This document shows positions 1 through 11,590 of a DNA stretch of 51,357 nt, one piece after another (position 1 is the first letter of the stretch; every line of letters begins with the position of its first letter). The notes beneath the pieces were generated by a model. It searched no databases and was not told the origin of the DNA. It was given only the letters and a program-made list of their open reading frames with translations. The translations under genes were made by a program, and so were the position numbers. The DNA lies in NCBI RefSeq assembly GCF_001194135.2, contig NC_068991.1:15214248-15265604 (forward strand), given 5' to 3'. Origin of the DNA: Octopus bimaculoides (taxonomy: Eukaryota).

Positions 1-355
1 TATATATATATATATATGTACATATCTGTATGCATATTATTTACACACACACATACACACATATGGAGAAAAGAATAATAATTTTATAATGGTAAGAAGT
101 TTATGGGTGCAATGCACTTGTATTCCGTTTTATGAGATTTCCGATATGTTCTATATGTATAATGATATCTATGTTATGTATGTATAGTGATATCCGTGGG
201 GCGGCTGATGATGGGGGTATGTTGGATTGTTGGTATGGCTGTTTCTGTATATGTGGAATAGTGTTATAATACATCCGTTTGATATATATTTATTTATGTA
301 TATGTATATGTATGCCTTAATGTATATGCATTTATACACACACACTCACATATAT

Positions 356-485
356 AATCGAAATAAGCAACAGGATATCAAAAGGTGATGTAGTACGACC
401 GTTTCAAGCGGCTCCATTTAATTGAACAATGCATTCATACATCAATTTAAGTGCAGGACTATCCTCAGCTGCATATATAAATAGA
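356..485 (-). mobile_element. Penelope-like terminal repeat (pLTR) fragment carrying a degenerate hammerhead-ribozyme motif
   Basis: Minus strand reads GCAG-CTGAGGA-(~56 nt)-GAAAC-GGTC-GTA-CTAC. A homologous sequence recurs at 30227-30378. The PLE assignment is inferred from the hammerhead-like core. Confidence 0.45.
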
Positions 486-746
486 ATTTTTTTATCAGTT
501 GGACACATTAATATAATTTTACTCAAATTCTCTAATAAAGCAAGAAGAGGGAAAGAGTCCGTGGTACGTGAAGTTCCATAAATTCCATCAATTTGGTTAA
601 AAATGGAGGAGACAAGTTGTTAAAGTATATAAGAAGTTTAATTCTTGCAGGCGATCGTTTTGTACAGAGATATAATGATGATGATAATAATAAAAACATA
701 AATTCATGAATAAATTAAATAAATATCAATGTATAGGTGTATGAAT

Positions 747-920
747 GGATGTGTGGTACGTAGCTCGCTTACCAACCACATGGTTCTGGGTTCATTCCCA
801 CTGTGTGGCACCTTGGGCAAGTGACTTCTACTATAGCCTCGGGCCGACCAAAGCCTTGTGAGTAAAAGGCGGTGCCCCAGCATGGCTGCAGTCAAATGAC
901 TGAAACAAGTAAAAAAAAAA
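747..920 (+). mobile_element. SINE family S1 (tRNA-derived head), internally deleted copy
   Basis: Head and body match the S1 copies at 1990-2386 and 16984-17405. The sequence jumps from ...CCTTGTGAGT straight to the AAAGGCGGTG...GAAACAAGTAAAA tail. Confidence 0.9.
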
Positions 921-1510
921 AACAGACTTATAATCAAAGAACAGACCTACAATCAAAGGCGACCCATGCTCAAAGTAATACCTATCGCAACCATTCCGTC
1001 TTTTACTCAGCCATAGCCCACTCCACCAACGATAATGTTATCCGAGGCGTCCTTCCAATTTTAAGATGGCAGAGTATGATTTGAGAGAGATATGGTTGCT
1101 ATTTCTCTCATCCTATGAGAAATAGCAACCCTATTCCCTGTGGCTTATACACTTCCAATAATGTTGCTTAATATTAACAATTCAATTTTCAGCGTTTCTT
1201 CCAGTTTTTGATTTAGAACTTGTCAATGTTGTAATATTGAATAAATTTCCTTTATCCGTATACGTATATATCCTGAGTTGCTAAATAGATTTTCAACATT
1301 TCCCTATATATTACTTAAATGTTTGACAGAAAATAGAGCTTAAACGAAAATTGTCTCGTTATATTGTAATAGGTTTGGCATTCCTACCAATTTGGAAATT
1401 TCGATCCGTTTCAATATTAAAAATGCTTGGAAGATGCAAAACTACAAGAATGATGTGACCGAGTTCTTCCATAGATTTGTCGAGTTATTATTATTATTAT
1501 GCATATACGC

Positions 1511-1935
1511 AAGGCGGTGATCTGGTAGAATCGTTTACATACAAGACAAAATGCTTGGCAAAATTTCGTCCGGTTTTACGTTCCGAGATCAAATTCCGCC
1601 GAGGCCAACTTTGCTTTTCATCCTACTGGGGCGGGGGGGGGTGATAGAATAAGCACCAGTTGAGTAGTAAGGTCGATGAAATCTCCTCCCCATAATTTCA
1701 GGTCTTGTGTCGATAACAGAAAGGGTTATTACACACATATGCAAGGCAGCGATCTTAGCAGAATTGTTAACATACCAGATAAAATGTCTAGCGGTATTTC
1801 GTGAGTCTTTACGTTCTTAGTTCAAATTCCGCCGAGGTCGACTTTGCCTTTCATCTTTTCCTGATCGATAAATTAAGTACCAGTGCGTACCGGGGTCGCT
1901 CTAACCGACTGGGACCCTCCCCAATTTTTCTGCTA
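1511..1935 (+). mobile_element. Two tandem, diverged SINE family S2 copies (about 1511-1730 and 1743-1935)
   Basis: Each has an AAGGCGGTGA.CTGG head, a TCAAATTCCGCCGAGG B-box region and a TTTCATC...GAT...AAGTACCAG central domain shared with the other S2 copies. Confidence 0.85.
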
Positions 1936-1989
1936 TATTTCTTATTTAAGTTCCTTGTATTATGGCTTCTTTCCTTCCTGCACTGAAGA

Positions 1990-2386
1990 GTACTCATTTA
2001 CTTGTTTCAATCATTTGACTGCGGCCATACTGGAACACCACCTTCGACACCAGGACTTATTCTTTGTAAGCCTAGTACTTATTCTATCGGTTTCTTTTGC
2101 CGAACGCTAAGTTACGGAGACGCAAACACACTACCATCGGTTGTCAAGTGATGTTGGGGGGGGGGACAAACACAGACACACAAACATATACACACACAAA
2201 CATATATATATATACATATATACGACAGGCTTCTTTCAATTTCCGTCTACCAAATCCACTCACAAGGCTTTGGTTGGCCCGAGGCTATAGTAGAAGACAC
2301 TTGCCCAAGGTGCCACACAGTGGGACTGAACCCAGAACCATGTGGTTGGTAAGCAAGCTACTTACCACACAGCCACTCCTGCGCCT
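1990..2386 (-). mobile_element. SINE family S1, near full-length, with internal (CA)/(TA) microsatellite
   Basis: Reverse complement begins AGGCGCAGGAGTGGCTGTGTGGTAAG (A box) then GGTTC.GTCCC (B box). Near-identical to 15085-15497 and 16984-17405. Confidence 0.95.
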
Positions 2387-2534
2387 AATCCTGTTGATTA
2401 CAATTCTGGAATATTTTTCATTGTAGATAGACATGGGATTAAGTGACGGCAACAAAAACAATGTGAAAAGCGCCAAAACACTCCTCAAATGGTTGTAGTC
2501 GAGTTGACCCTCGAACTTATTTCATAAAACATGA

Positions 2535-2790
2535 TACTTATTCTAACAGTTTTCTTTTGCCGATCCGCTAAGTTACGGAGATGTAAACAAACCAATACCA
2601 GCAGCCAAGCGGTGGCATAGGCTAAACACGCACATATATGCACGACAGGTTTGTTTTCTTTCCATGTAACAGCTCCCAAGGCTTTGCTCAGCTCGGAGCT
2701 AGAATACAAGTCACTTGGACAAGACTGGGACTGAACTCAAAACCATAGGCTGAGAAGCAAACTTCTTACCTCATAGCCACGCCTGCGTCT
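2535..2790 (-). mobile_element. Old, diverged S1-related SINE
   Basis: Retains TTTTGCCGA.CCGCTAAGTTACGG, GGGACTGAAC and AGCCACGCCTGCG motifs in S1 order. Confidence 0.75.
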
Positions 2791-2865
2791 AATCTTTAAA
2801 ACTTGAAACATTTGCAAGTGTTGGTCGCCCTGTGTTAATGGTTTATTTATCTATTTCGCCCACAG

Positions 2866-2904
2866 CGAAAAACCATAACTCACCAAGCAGTCGTTGATAA
2901 CGAT
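2866..2904 (+). CDS. Candidate 39-nt internal host micro-exon (RKTITHQAVVDND)
   Basis: Preceded by the acceptor TTTATTTATCTATTTCGCCCACAG and followed by GTAAGT. Length is a multiple of 3 and only phase 0 is open. No homology recognised. Confidence 0.4.
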
Positions 2905-3039
2905 GTAAGTCAAACATTGTTGACACGAATGTACTGAGTTATTCGCCCATAAATTCGTGTTCAATTTAAATTTTAGTATGTAAATCTTCTACACTACAAG
3001 AGACGAGGCTTGAATCATGCTGTCATTTTACAGCAACAA

Positions 3040-3083
3040 CAGCGACAACAACTGCTGCTGCTGCTGCTGCTGCTACTACTACC

Positions 3084-3153
<70 letters not shown>

Positions 3154-3178
3154 TGGATAATAATAATAATAATAATAC
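3040..3178. repeat. Compound trinucleotide microsatellite (CAA/CTG/CTA/TAA)
   Basis: Direct reading; it produces the poly-L/poly-I artefact ORF 3010-3309. Confidence 0.95.
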
Positions 3179-3233
3179 TTTCTACTATAGGCACAAGGCC
3201 TGAAATTTTGTGGGTGGTATTAGTCGATCACAT

Positions 3234-3555
3234 AAGGCGGCGAGCTGGCAGAATTGTTAGCGCGCTGGGCGAAATGCTTAGCAGTATTTCGCCAATCGCT
3301 ATGTTCTGAGTTCAAATTCCGCCGAGGTTGACTTTGCCTTTCATCTTTTCGGGGTCGATAAATTAAGTACCAGTTACGCACTGAGGTCGATTACATCGAC
3401 CCCAGTGTTCAACTGGTACTTAATTTCATCGACCTCGAAAGGATGAAAGGTAAAGATTTCCTCGGCGGAATTTGAACTCAGAACGTAAAGACGGACGAAA
3501 TACCGCTAAGTATTTTGCCCGAGTTAACTTAGCCATTCTTCCAGCTCACCGCCTT
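3234..3555. mobile_element. Two S2 SINEs fused tail-to-tail (plus 3234-3393, minus 3395-3555)
   Basis: AAGGCGGCGAGCTGG...GAGGTCGAT is followed by ATCGACCCC...CCAGCTCACCGCCTT, the reverse complement of the same family. Confidence 0.9.
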
Positions 3556-3844
3556 AATAATGATGATAATAATAATAATAATAATAATAATAACATCTTA
3601 CTGATGCTATGTATGATAAATTGTTTCCACGTTGACGACAAGTTTGTATTTTAGTAATATATAATGTCATAGTGATAACGAAAATAACTGGTCTTTTCCT
3701 GTCCAAGAATGGACTTGGATTGGTGAAATAAATGGAGATAGTTAAAATAGGAGCGAGGGAAAGGGAAAGAATGCGTATACGTATGTGTCCGTTTGTATTA
3801 GTTTTTGTATAAGTGGGCCTCCTTTCCTCTGTCGTTCTCTGTTT

Positions 3845-3849
3845 CTGAG

Positions 3850-3883
<34 letters not shown>

Positions 3884-4457
3884 CGAGAGATAGAGAGAGA
3901 GAGTGAAAGAAAGAGGGAGGGGGAGAGAGAGAGAGAAATAGAGAGACTGAGTGTGTGTGTGTGTGTGTGTCTGCGTGTATGTGCGCCCGCGTAATTGACA
4001 TGGCTGGTGAAAATAACCGCCATTTTTCTTCCCAAGAATGAGTTTTGGGTTGATGAAATAAATAGATAAAAACTGAAGAAACGATGAGAGGAGAAAGATA
4101 ATGCGCACGCTTGAGCTGGTGTGCAATTGTGTATATGCGTATTTTAATGAATAAATGCGTGCAGTTGTATGCATATGTACGAGATGTGTCTGTCAGTTAT
4201 CGGCGATTTATGGTCGCCATCTTAATATGGGATTAAGCGAGGGGAAATTTGCATTGGAGATTGATCGTAAAACCCTGGTGTTTTTATGGTTTGTGGCACA
4301 CTTCTTAATGGGATGGCGAACAAGTTATTCGGGGTATTACGTAGAATAATTTGTCGGTCATACAGCCAGTTAGCTTCAATGGTGAATTGTGTAGATAGAT
4401 GCATGTGTGTTTATGCATGTGTATAAATGCATATATGCATGTATATATATATATGCA

Positions 4458-4506
<49 letters not shown>

Positions 4507-4722
4507 TAATGTATATATATATATATATGTGTGTGTGTGAGTGTGTATGTGTGTGTATATATATGTATACAGATACGCATATCTATGTATGCGTGTGTAT
4601 ACATCCATATCTATCTATTTGTCTGTCTGTCTGTCTGTGTGTATGTATGCATGTACATATACATTAATAGTTGTTGTATGTGTACATATTTGAGTGTGTG
4701 TACACATACAAATTTATATAAC

Positions 4723-4770
<48 letters not shown>

Positions 4771-4800
4771 ACACACATACACATATGCACATACATTCAC
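3845..4800. repeat. Microsatellite tracts: (GATA)/(GA)/(GT) 3845-3970, (TA) about 4440-4530, (CA) about 4720-4790
   Basis: Direct reading. Confidence 0.95.
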
Positions 4801-4995
4801 ATATTTATGAGAGATAGTTGGCTCCTATTTCTAATAATTCAATACTTTCTCGTCTCACAGGAATCGATGTAGTTGTTAACACATGAATCTCGACATTTTC
4901 TTTTTGTCTTACACCAAAAGCTCTCACTCAAAAGCTGAATTCCAACAGCATTAATTTTTGGCAGGTCTGGGAGAGCATATGAAAGGGCAAAGGTA

Positions 4996-5428
4996 NNNNN
5001 NNNNNNNNNNNNNNNNNNNNNNNNNNNNNNNNNNNNNNNNNNNNNNNNNNNNNNNNNNNNNNNNNNNNNNNNNNNNNNNNNNNNNNNNNNNNNNNNNNNN
5101 NNNNNNNNNNNNNNNNNNNNNNNNNNNNNNNNNNNNNNNNNNNNNNNNNNNNNNNNNNNNNNNNNNNNNNNNNNNNNNNNNNNNNNNNNNNNNNNNNNNN
5201 NNNNNNNNNNNNNNNNNNNNNNNNNNNNNNNNNNNNNNNNNNNNNNNNNNNNNNNNNNNNNNNNNNNNNNNNNNNNNNNNNNNNNNNNNNNNNNNNNNNN
5301 NNNNNNNNNNNNNNNNNNNNNNNNNNNNNNNNNNNNNNNNNNNNNNNNNNNNNNNNNNNNNNNNNNNNNNNNNNNNNNNNNNNNNNNNNNNNNNNNNNNN
5401 NNNNNNNNNNNNNNNNNNNNNNNNNNNN
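4996..5428. other. Assembly gap; other gaps at 9084-9434, 19664-20466, 22719-23417, 33734-33992, 34230-34754, 36608-36770, 43951-44245, 44986-45485, 46610-47343, 47789-48055
   Basis: Runs of N, most of them flanked by microsatellites. Confidence 1.
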
Positions 5429-5519
5429 AGCCACAGTAAGAAACACACCAGGCATTTCATTCATTTCCCAGCACAATATATGATTAATATTTTTTTTGAT
5501 TGATTCCGAAAAATATGAA

Positions 5520-5995
5520 AAATCAAAGATGGCATCGGTGGGATTTGAACTCAAAGTAAAGAGCCAAAACAAGTAATTTTTTTTTTTCCGACCCACTAGC
5601 AATTCAGCTAATCCACCGCCCATAATAATGGTTTTTGTCATAGGAACACGACCTGAATCTTGGTGGGGAGCGGGTAAGTCGATTACGCCGACACCAGTGT
5701 TTAATTGGTACTTATTTCATCGACCCCGAAAGGATGAATAGCAAACTCAACGCCGGTGGAGTTTGAACTCAGAACATAGTGTGTCGGAAGTAATATCGGT
5801 TTCAAATTTTGACACAAGGCCAGAAATTTAGCGGGTGGGGGCTAAGTCGTTTACAACGACACTAGCGATTACAACGACACTCCGAAAGGATGAAAAGCAA
5901 AGTCGACGTCGGTGGAATTTGAACTGTGAACGTAATGAATCGGAAGTAATGTCGCTAAGCATTTTGTCCGAGGTAATAACAATTCTGCCAGTTCT
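5520..5995 (-). mobile_element. Cluster of three diverged S2 SINE fragments
   Basis: Repeated TTTGAACT (B-box complement) and CGAAAGGATGAA motifs at about 5545, 5720-5770 and 5880-5930. Confidence 0.8.
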
Positions 5996-6859
5996 AATAA
6001 TAATACAGAAATTATATTTATATCCACCATACACAGATATAGCACTTCTGTGGTCATTCAGCCTACGAAAAATAGCAACTAAATCTCACTCATAGGACAT
6101 CCTAAATTCTTAGAAAAGGGAAGGCATAATAGAAAGAGTAGTTCAAAATACACAATGTCCAAATGTCAGACGAGATGGTTACAGCTAGAAAACATTGGGC
6201 CATAAGTCTCCTTGGTCAAAGTTCTCCTGAAGGTATAACAACAACAACGTTCACATTTATATTCAGTGTGTGCACGTGCGTGTGCATTTATGTTGTGTGG
6301 AGTGTATGTGTTGTGAGTGTGTTCGAGCGTGTGTGGGTGTGTGCATAGGTGTAAGGGAGTTGACTGTCACGGCCATTATTTTATTGTGAAATTTATCCCA
6401 GAATTATTCGTTGCTTTGTCATCATATATCAGATGAGAACATTTACAGCTATTTTTCTTCCACAAAACACGTTTGGACGTGACATTTTGTTTAGTGAATC
6501 ACCATTCTGTGTCCCTGACCTGTTTTACTTATTTATTTGTTTATTTATTTTTATTCATTTGCGTTTGGCAGTAAAACATCACATATTGCAAGAAACCAGA
6601 TCTTTAAAGTAGATAACTTTCGTCTAATGTCGTGCCATTCACTCATCATCAACTTGAACCTCCTTGGATTTCATTGGTTGTTTATGGCGTCGTAACGTTA
6701 TGGCGAGCCACGAGAAGGCTAGCATGCTTCACATCATCTACTAAAACAATACCAACCAAATTCACTCAAATCACACCCTACTGTCTTTAAAAAGAGAAGA
6801 ACACATCATATACAAATGGTAATTGTGTCTCCATCGGAGTACGTGATGAGTATTGACTT

Positions 6860-7000
6860 AGCATCCTGCTCATTAAATTGACGTATAAAGTGGCTGAGTA
6901 TTCTACAGACATGTCTATGCTCATCATAATTCTCCGATGCAATCAGCGTTACGCAAGATGTAACAAGGACGGGCCTCTAAATTAAAGATACAAACTATCT
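6860..7000 (-). mobile_element. Diverged fragment related to SINE family S3
   Basis: CTGCTCATTAAATTGACGTATAAAGTGGCTGAGTATTCTACAGACATGT aligns with CTGCTCGTGAAATTAACGTGCAAGTGGCTGAGCACTCCACAGACACGT at about 13045-13092. Confidence 0.65.
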
Positions 7001-8179
7001 ACAGGCTTCCACACAGTTATCACCTACTCAGTTTCACTCAAAAGATATCGTCGACGCGAAGGTACACTCTCATAGCTACCAGTTGAAATTTTTCTTAATA
7101 TTCTGATTTCTAGTTATATTGTCTATATGTTCATACACATATATTGAATTCTTTGCCATCGTGCGAGTTTACACCCTTTATTCACGTGGGGTTCATAAGA
7201 TTAACCGATGACATTCATAGCTAGAATCAACTACAGTCAAGCATGTACATGTACTTACGGCATATCTATGCTCGCATAAGTTAACACATTTGCTAACATT
7301 ACAGGTGCAGTAACTGTCTTTATTGCACATATGGAAATACCCACACATTTTGAAAACGATTTTAAAATTATATTTTAGTATATTGTCTATAATTTATAAG
7401 CACAAGCAGGATATATTCAGCTTTTTTGTTTATTTACTTATTCACATCTCTTTGTCTATTATAATAGTTAATGTTGCCGTTATTTTTTTCGTTTTTACAA
7501 TGATTGTGGCTAACAAATAGTTTATCATATTACAATATTTTAAACATGTAATTTTTCAATAAAAGACAAAGGCTACAAAAACATGTACAGATGAATATGC
7601 TGCTCTCTACCCCCGCCTTTGTGTCAAGTACCCATATAAAATTTTCCACCAACCCTTTGGAAGTAGTACCGCCCACTTTGAGAAGCATTACATCAGACAG
7701 CATACTCCACTAATAACTAAATTTATTCAATTTTCCTTTCAATTCTCAAATAGAATAATTAAATATGTGGCGAGAAAAGAAATGGCAGACGGACACTTTG
7801 TTCTAGCTCTTTTCGTTCTGAGTTCCAATCCCACCAGGGCTAAACATTGCCTTTTATCATTTCTACTGGAGTAGATTTAATTGATTATTCCTTTCCCGGA
7901 CGTTTCAGACTTTGCATCTGTATTTGAAACTATCAGTCGATGGCTAATACGGGAGACAACTTCAAACACGTTTCTGTATTATTCAGGGCTTGTTAGAAAA
8001 AAACGTAGTAGCACTCTCTACCTTGCTGAAGAAATTCCTTTTAGCAATGGGATATTCTAGATATTTGTTACAGAATAAGACAATAAATAAATAAAACCAG
8101 CATTATCTACAAATGCTGATCACTCATCGATGTGCGATATTCTATGTTAGTGCTTCGACCTCTTATTGAACAATCTTTC

Positions 8180-8276
8180 TCTCTGTCCCCTCTCTACCCT
8201 CTCTCTTGTCTCTCTCGCCTCTCTCGCCTCTCTCGCTGCTCTCCCCTCATCTCTCCTCCCTCTCTTCCCACTCTCT

Positions 8277-8344
<68 letters not shown>

Positions 8345-8345
8345 T
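8180..8345. repeat. (CT)n microsatellite and degenerate CT-rich flank
   Basis: Direct reading. Confidence 0.95.
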
Positions 8346-8558
8346 CCAGCTTGATTTAATTTCATTAACACGTACATATCACAACCATCGCTTTCCCAGC
8401 TGAGGTCACTATGACATCATGGCACCGGAAAAACTTTAACTAATAAAATTTATAGATTATCACACAAATTTAGTTTCACTACTTCCTGAGATTTATTTTA
8501 GAAACCAACTCAATACTTCCTACCTAACAGATCTAGATGTACCAACCTCCTGCCTTCA

Positions 8559-8605
<47 letters not shown>

Positions 8606-8640
8606 GTGTTATTGTTGTTGTTGTTGTTGTTGTGGTTGTT

Positions 8641-8840
8641 ATTGCCTTTGCACAGCTTCTAACGCTGGAGATGTACTACAGCATCAGCTGTTCGCTACCA
8701 GTGAACTATGGTAGCACCTCTTATTTTTCGAGCACCTTCCGGAGTATTCGAGCGGTTCCAAACAGTGCTGTATTCTGCACGTGCTCCACCCTTATTGCAG
8801 CCGCTATTACTTCCACGTACTTCTCGATATTTTTGCTCAC
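8641..8840 (-). mobile_element. 5'-truncated R4/Dong-like (RLE) LINE 3' end inside a (TAA)n array
   Basis: Minus translation VSKNIEKYVEVIAAAIRVEHVQNTALFGTARILRKVLEK* is the typical R4-clade C-terminus. Its 3' UTR matches 28255-28345. TAA arrays lie at 8561-8604 and 8841-8890. Confidence 0.85.
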
Positions 8841-8892
<52 letters not shown>

Positions 8893-8928
8893 GCTTTTAC
8901 TACACGTATATGTTATTTGCATATACAG

Positions 8929-8959
8929 GGAACATGTACGTTAGATATATGTAAACTGT
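8929..8959 (+). CDS. Weak candidate 31-nt micro-exon (GTCTLDICKL, phase 0 to phase 1)
   Basis: TGTTATTTGCATATACAG acceptor and GTGAGT donor; only the phase-0 frame is open. Confidence 0.2.
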
Positions 8960-9436
8960 GTGAGTAATAAAATATAGATATGAATATATTTAATTTGTTT
9001 TCTGTGACTGCATCTTGGTCTTCTGGCTTCTATTTTAGAATTCATTAGCAAAATATATTTTTGTAACCTGGGAAATATATATANNNNNNNNNNNNNNNNN
9101 NNNNNNNNNNNNNNNNNNNNNNNNNNNNNNNNNNNNNNNNNNNNNNNNNNNNNNNNNNNNNNNNNNNNNNNNNNNNNNNNNNNNNNNNNNNNNNNNNNNN
9201 NNNNNNNNNNNNNNNNNNNNNNNNNNNNNNNNNNNNNNNNNNNNNNNNNNNNNNNNNNNNNNNNNNNNNNNNNNNNNNNNNNNNNNNNNNNNNNNNNNNN
9301 NNNNNNNNNNNNNNNNNNNNNNNNNNNNNNNNNNNNNNNNNNNNNNNNNNNNNNNNNNNNNNNNNNNNNNNNNNNNNNNNNNNNNNNNNNNNNNNNNNNN
9401 NNNNNNNNNNNNNNNNNNNNNNNNNNNNNNNNNNAT

Positions 9437-9575
9437 ATTACTCTTTACTCTTTTACTTGTTTCAGTCATTTGACTGTGGCCATGCTGGAGCACCGCCTTT
9501 AGTCGAGCAAATCGACCCCAAGATTTATTCTTTGTAAGCCTAGTACTTATTCTATCGGTCACTTTTGCTGAACCC
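9437..9575 (-). mobile_element. SINE S1 3' half
   Basis: TACTCTTTTACTTGTTTCAGTCATTTGACTGTGGCCATGCTGGAGCACCGCC matches the S1 tail. Confidence 0.92.
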
Positions 9576-9856
9576 AAAAATATTTGTATATACATCTATA
9601 TATACATATATATATTTGTGTGCATGTGTAGCATTAGTTGTATGTAGTAGTACGAATAATGTAAATAGTACTCAATATGTTTGGTAGAGTAAATACATTA
9701 TTGTTAACCTACAGTACTCTTCAGTTTGTCGCCAGAGAGAATGCTTAATCAATGAATAGAAGTCTGTTTATGTGTATGTGTGTGTATTTATTTATTTATA
9801 TTTGTGTGTATGCACATACACATGTATGTGTGTGTGTGAATATATATACATATATA

Positions 9857-9892
<36 letters not shown>

Positions 9893-10012
9893 TGTATGTA
9901 TGTATGTATGTATGTGTGTATGTGTACGTATGTAAGCATGTATGGATGTCAATGAAGGTTCAGATAACATTGGTCTGATGAAACTGGAAATGTAGCACAG
10001 AAATACGATTTG

Positions 10013-10203
10013 GCTCGTGAGCTGGCAGAAACGTTAGCACGCCGCGTGAAATGCTTAGCAGTATTCAAACTCCGCCGGAGTTCAAATTCTACCGATAAAT
10101 TAAGTACTAGATACGCACTGGGGTCGATATAATCGAATTAACCCCTTTGTCTGTCCTTGTTTGTCCCCTCTGTGTGTAACTCCTTGTGGGTAGTAAAGAA
10201 ATA
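10013..10203 (+). mobile_element. S2 SINE variant with ...TTGTGGGTAGTAAAGAAATA tail and 14-bp target-site duplication
   Basis: AGAAATACGATTTG at 9999-10012 and again at 10204-10217. Confidence 0.9.
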
Positions 10204-11172
10204 AGAAATACGATTTGACTTGAAAATATTGGTTACACACATTGGCAGATGATCTTGTGTAACTAGTAGAAAGAACTACTATAGAAGAATGTCAAGAACT
10301 GTATCAGAATTGCCAAAATTTTCTCATAATTTTTATAGAATTCAGACAAGACGGGGCGATATTCTGTTCCTGTTCTGAACCTGTTTTCACCTTAATTCTG
10401 CTGACAAGCTTAGGTGAACGGAATTTTATGGCTGGAATAAAAGTAGCATATAAGAGAAACGAGCTGACGTACGTTCAGAATTCATTGATCTATGCATGAA
10501 CCATTATGTCGGTACGTAGTTTTCGTTCAACGCCAACTGAAAATTTTGTGTGTCTTGTTCGCAATTGAAGATTTTGTATATTTTGTCCTCTCTGTTAATA
10601 TGATCTGTCTGAGTGTTTGTCAAACTGTAAACATGCTTTCAAATATTTATTATCCAAGTCCAAACCTCTAAACGGAGAAAAACCATGTACGATTCAAAAT
10701 TGTATGGAAATGTTGCAACTTGTTGCTATATCTGTTACATTTCTTCACTTAAATTTTTACAAAAATCCTTCTATAGAAAATTTTTCCATCCGGTTTTTAT
10801 TTTTCCTTACACTCTTCTTACTTTTCAATTACAAATTTGTTTCTTCGTCTTTAAACACATTTATTCTATGATTTATTCTGTTGTGTCTGGGGAGAGTCAT
10901 TTTCTTTTTGAGCCTTATAATTTAAAACACACTCACCAGTATAATTTCCACTTATTCCTTATTTTTATTTTCCTAAAATTTTCTATGATTTATATATTTT
11001 TTAAAAATACTGTTTTATAACAATTTACTTTTATTTTCTATGCATGGATATTTTTATTATGTCCCTTCGTAATCTTTCACCCCTAGGAATTTTCGAACAT
11101 CGTTTACTTTTAATAATTAAAGACATCTAATGTTTTTTTCTGTTCGCCCAATCAAAGTTTGTTATCATACTC

Positions 11173-11174
<2 letters not shown>

Positions 11175-11209
<35 letters not shown>

Positions 11210-11232
11210 CAGATAGACAGACAGATAGATAA

Positions 11233-11279
<47 letters not shown>

Positions 11280-11362
11280 CATACATACATACATACATAC
11301 ATACATACATACATACATACATACATGCATGCATGCATACATACATATACACACATACATAC
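11175..11362. repeat. Compound (GATA)n/(CATA)n microsatellite
   Basis: Direct reading. Confidence 0.95.
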
Positions 11363-11590
11363 ATCACTGCTGCACCTTCGTTACACGGGAAAAGCCATTG
11401 TCGAGAAGACTTACTGAAATGATTCATGATTGTTGTCATGTGATGCCCTTATATGACTTTTAAGCCCGGTCAAGCTTTTACACATTTTATTACATACTAG
11501 ACAACAGTAATGGCTGGCAGGAGAAACAGGTGCCACCATATGCACTCTCTTAACATGTCTTTTTAGACCTCCACATTTTACACACGTTCT
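11363..11590 (-). mobile_element. RTE-like LINE 3' end with C-terminal C2H2 zinc fingers, cut by an S1 head (11591-11636)
   Basis: Minus frame TCVKCGGLKRHVKRVH...CLVCNKMCKSLTGLKSHIRASH...* has C-x2-C-x12-H-x4-H spacing and the GLxSHxR motif typical of RTE C-termini. A short 3' UTR runs into (ATGT)n. Confidence 0.6.

Noticed and set aside
4968-4995. 28-nt exon or mariner fragment GLGEHMKGQR next to the gap
   Set aside because: Too short, and truncated by Ns; cannot distinguish exon, transposase remnant or chance.
9974-10012. CTGATGA...GAAA hammerhead candidate
   Set aside because: Stem II closes poorly and no stem I partner exists on either side of the SINE insertion.
11411-11590. Host C2H2 zinc-finger gene exon
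   Set aside because: No TGEKPY-type linkers or splice signals; GLxSHxR motif, immediate stop and microsatellite tail fit an RTE LINE end.
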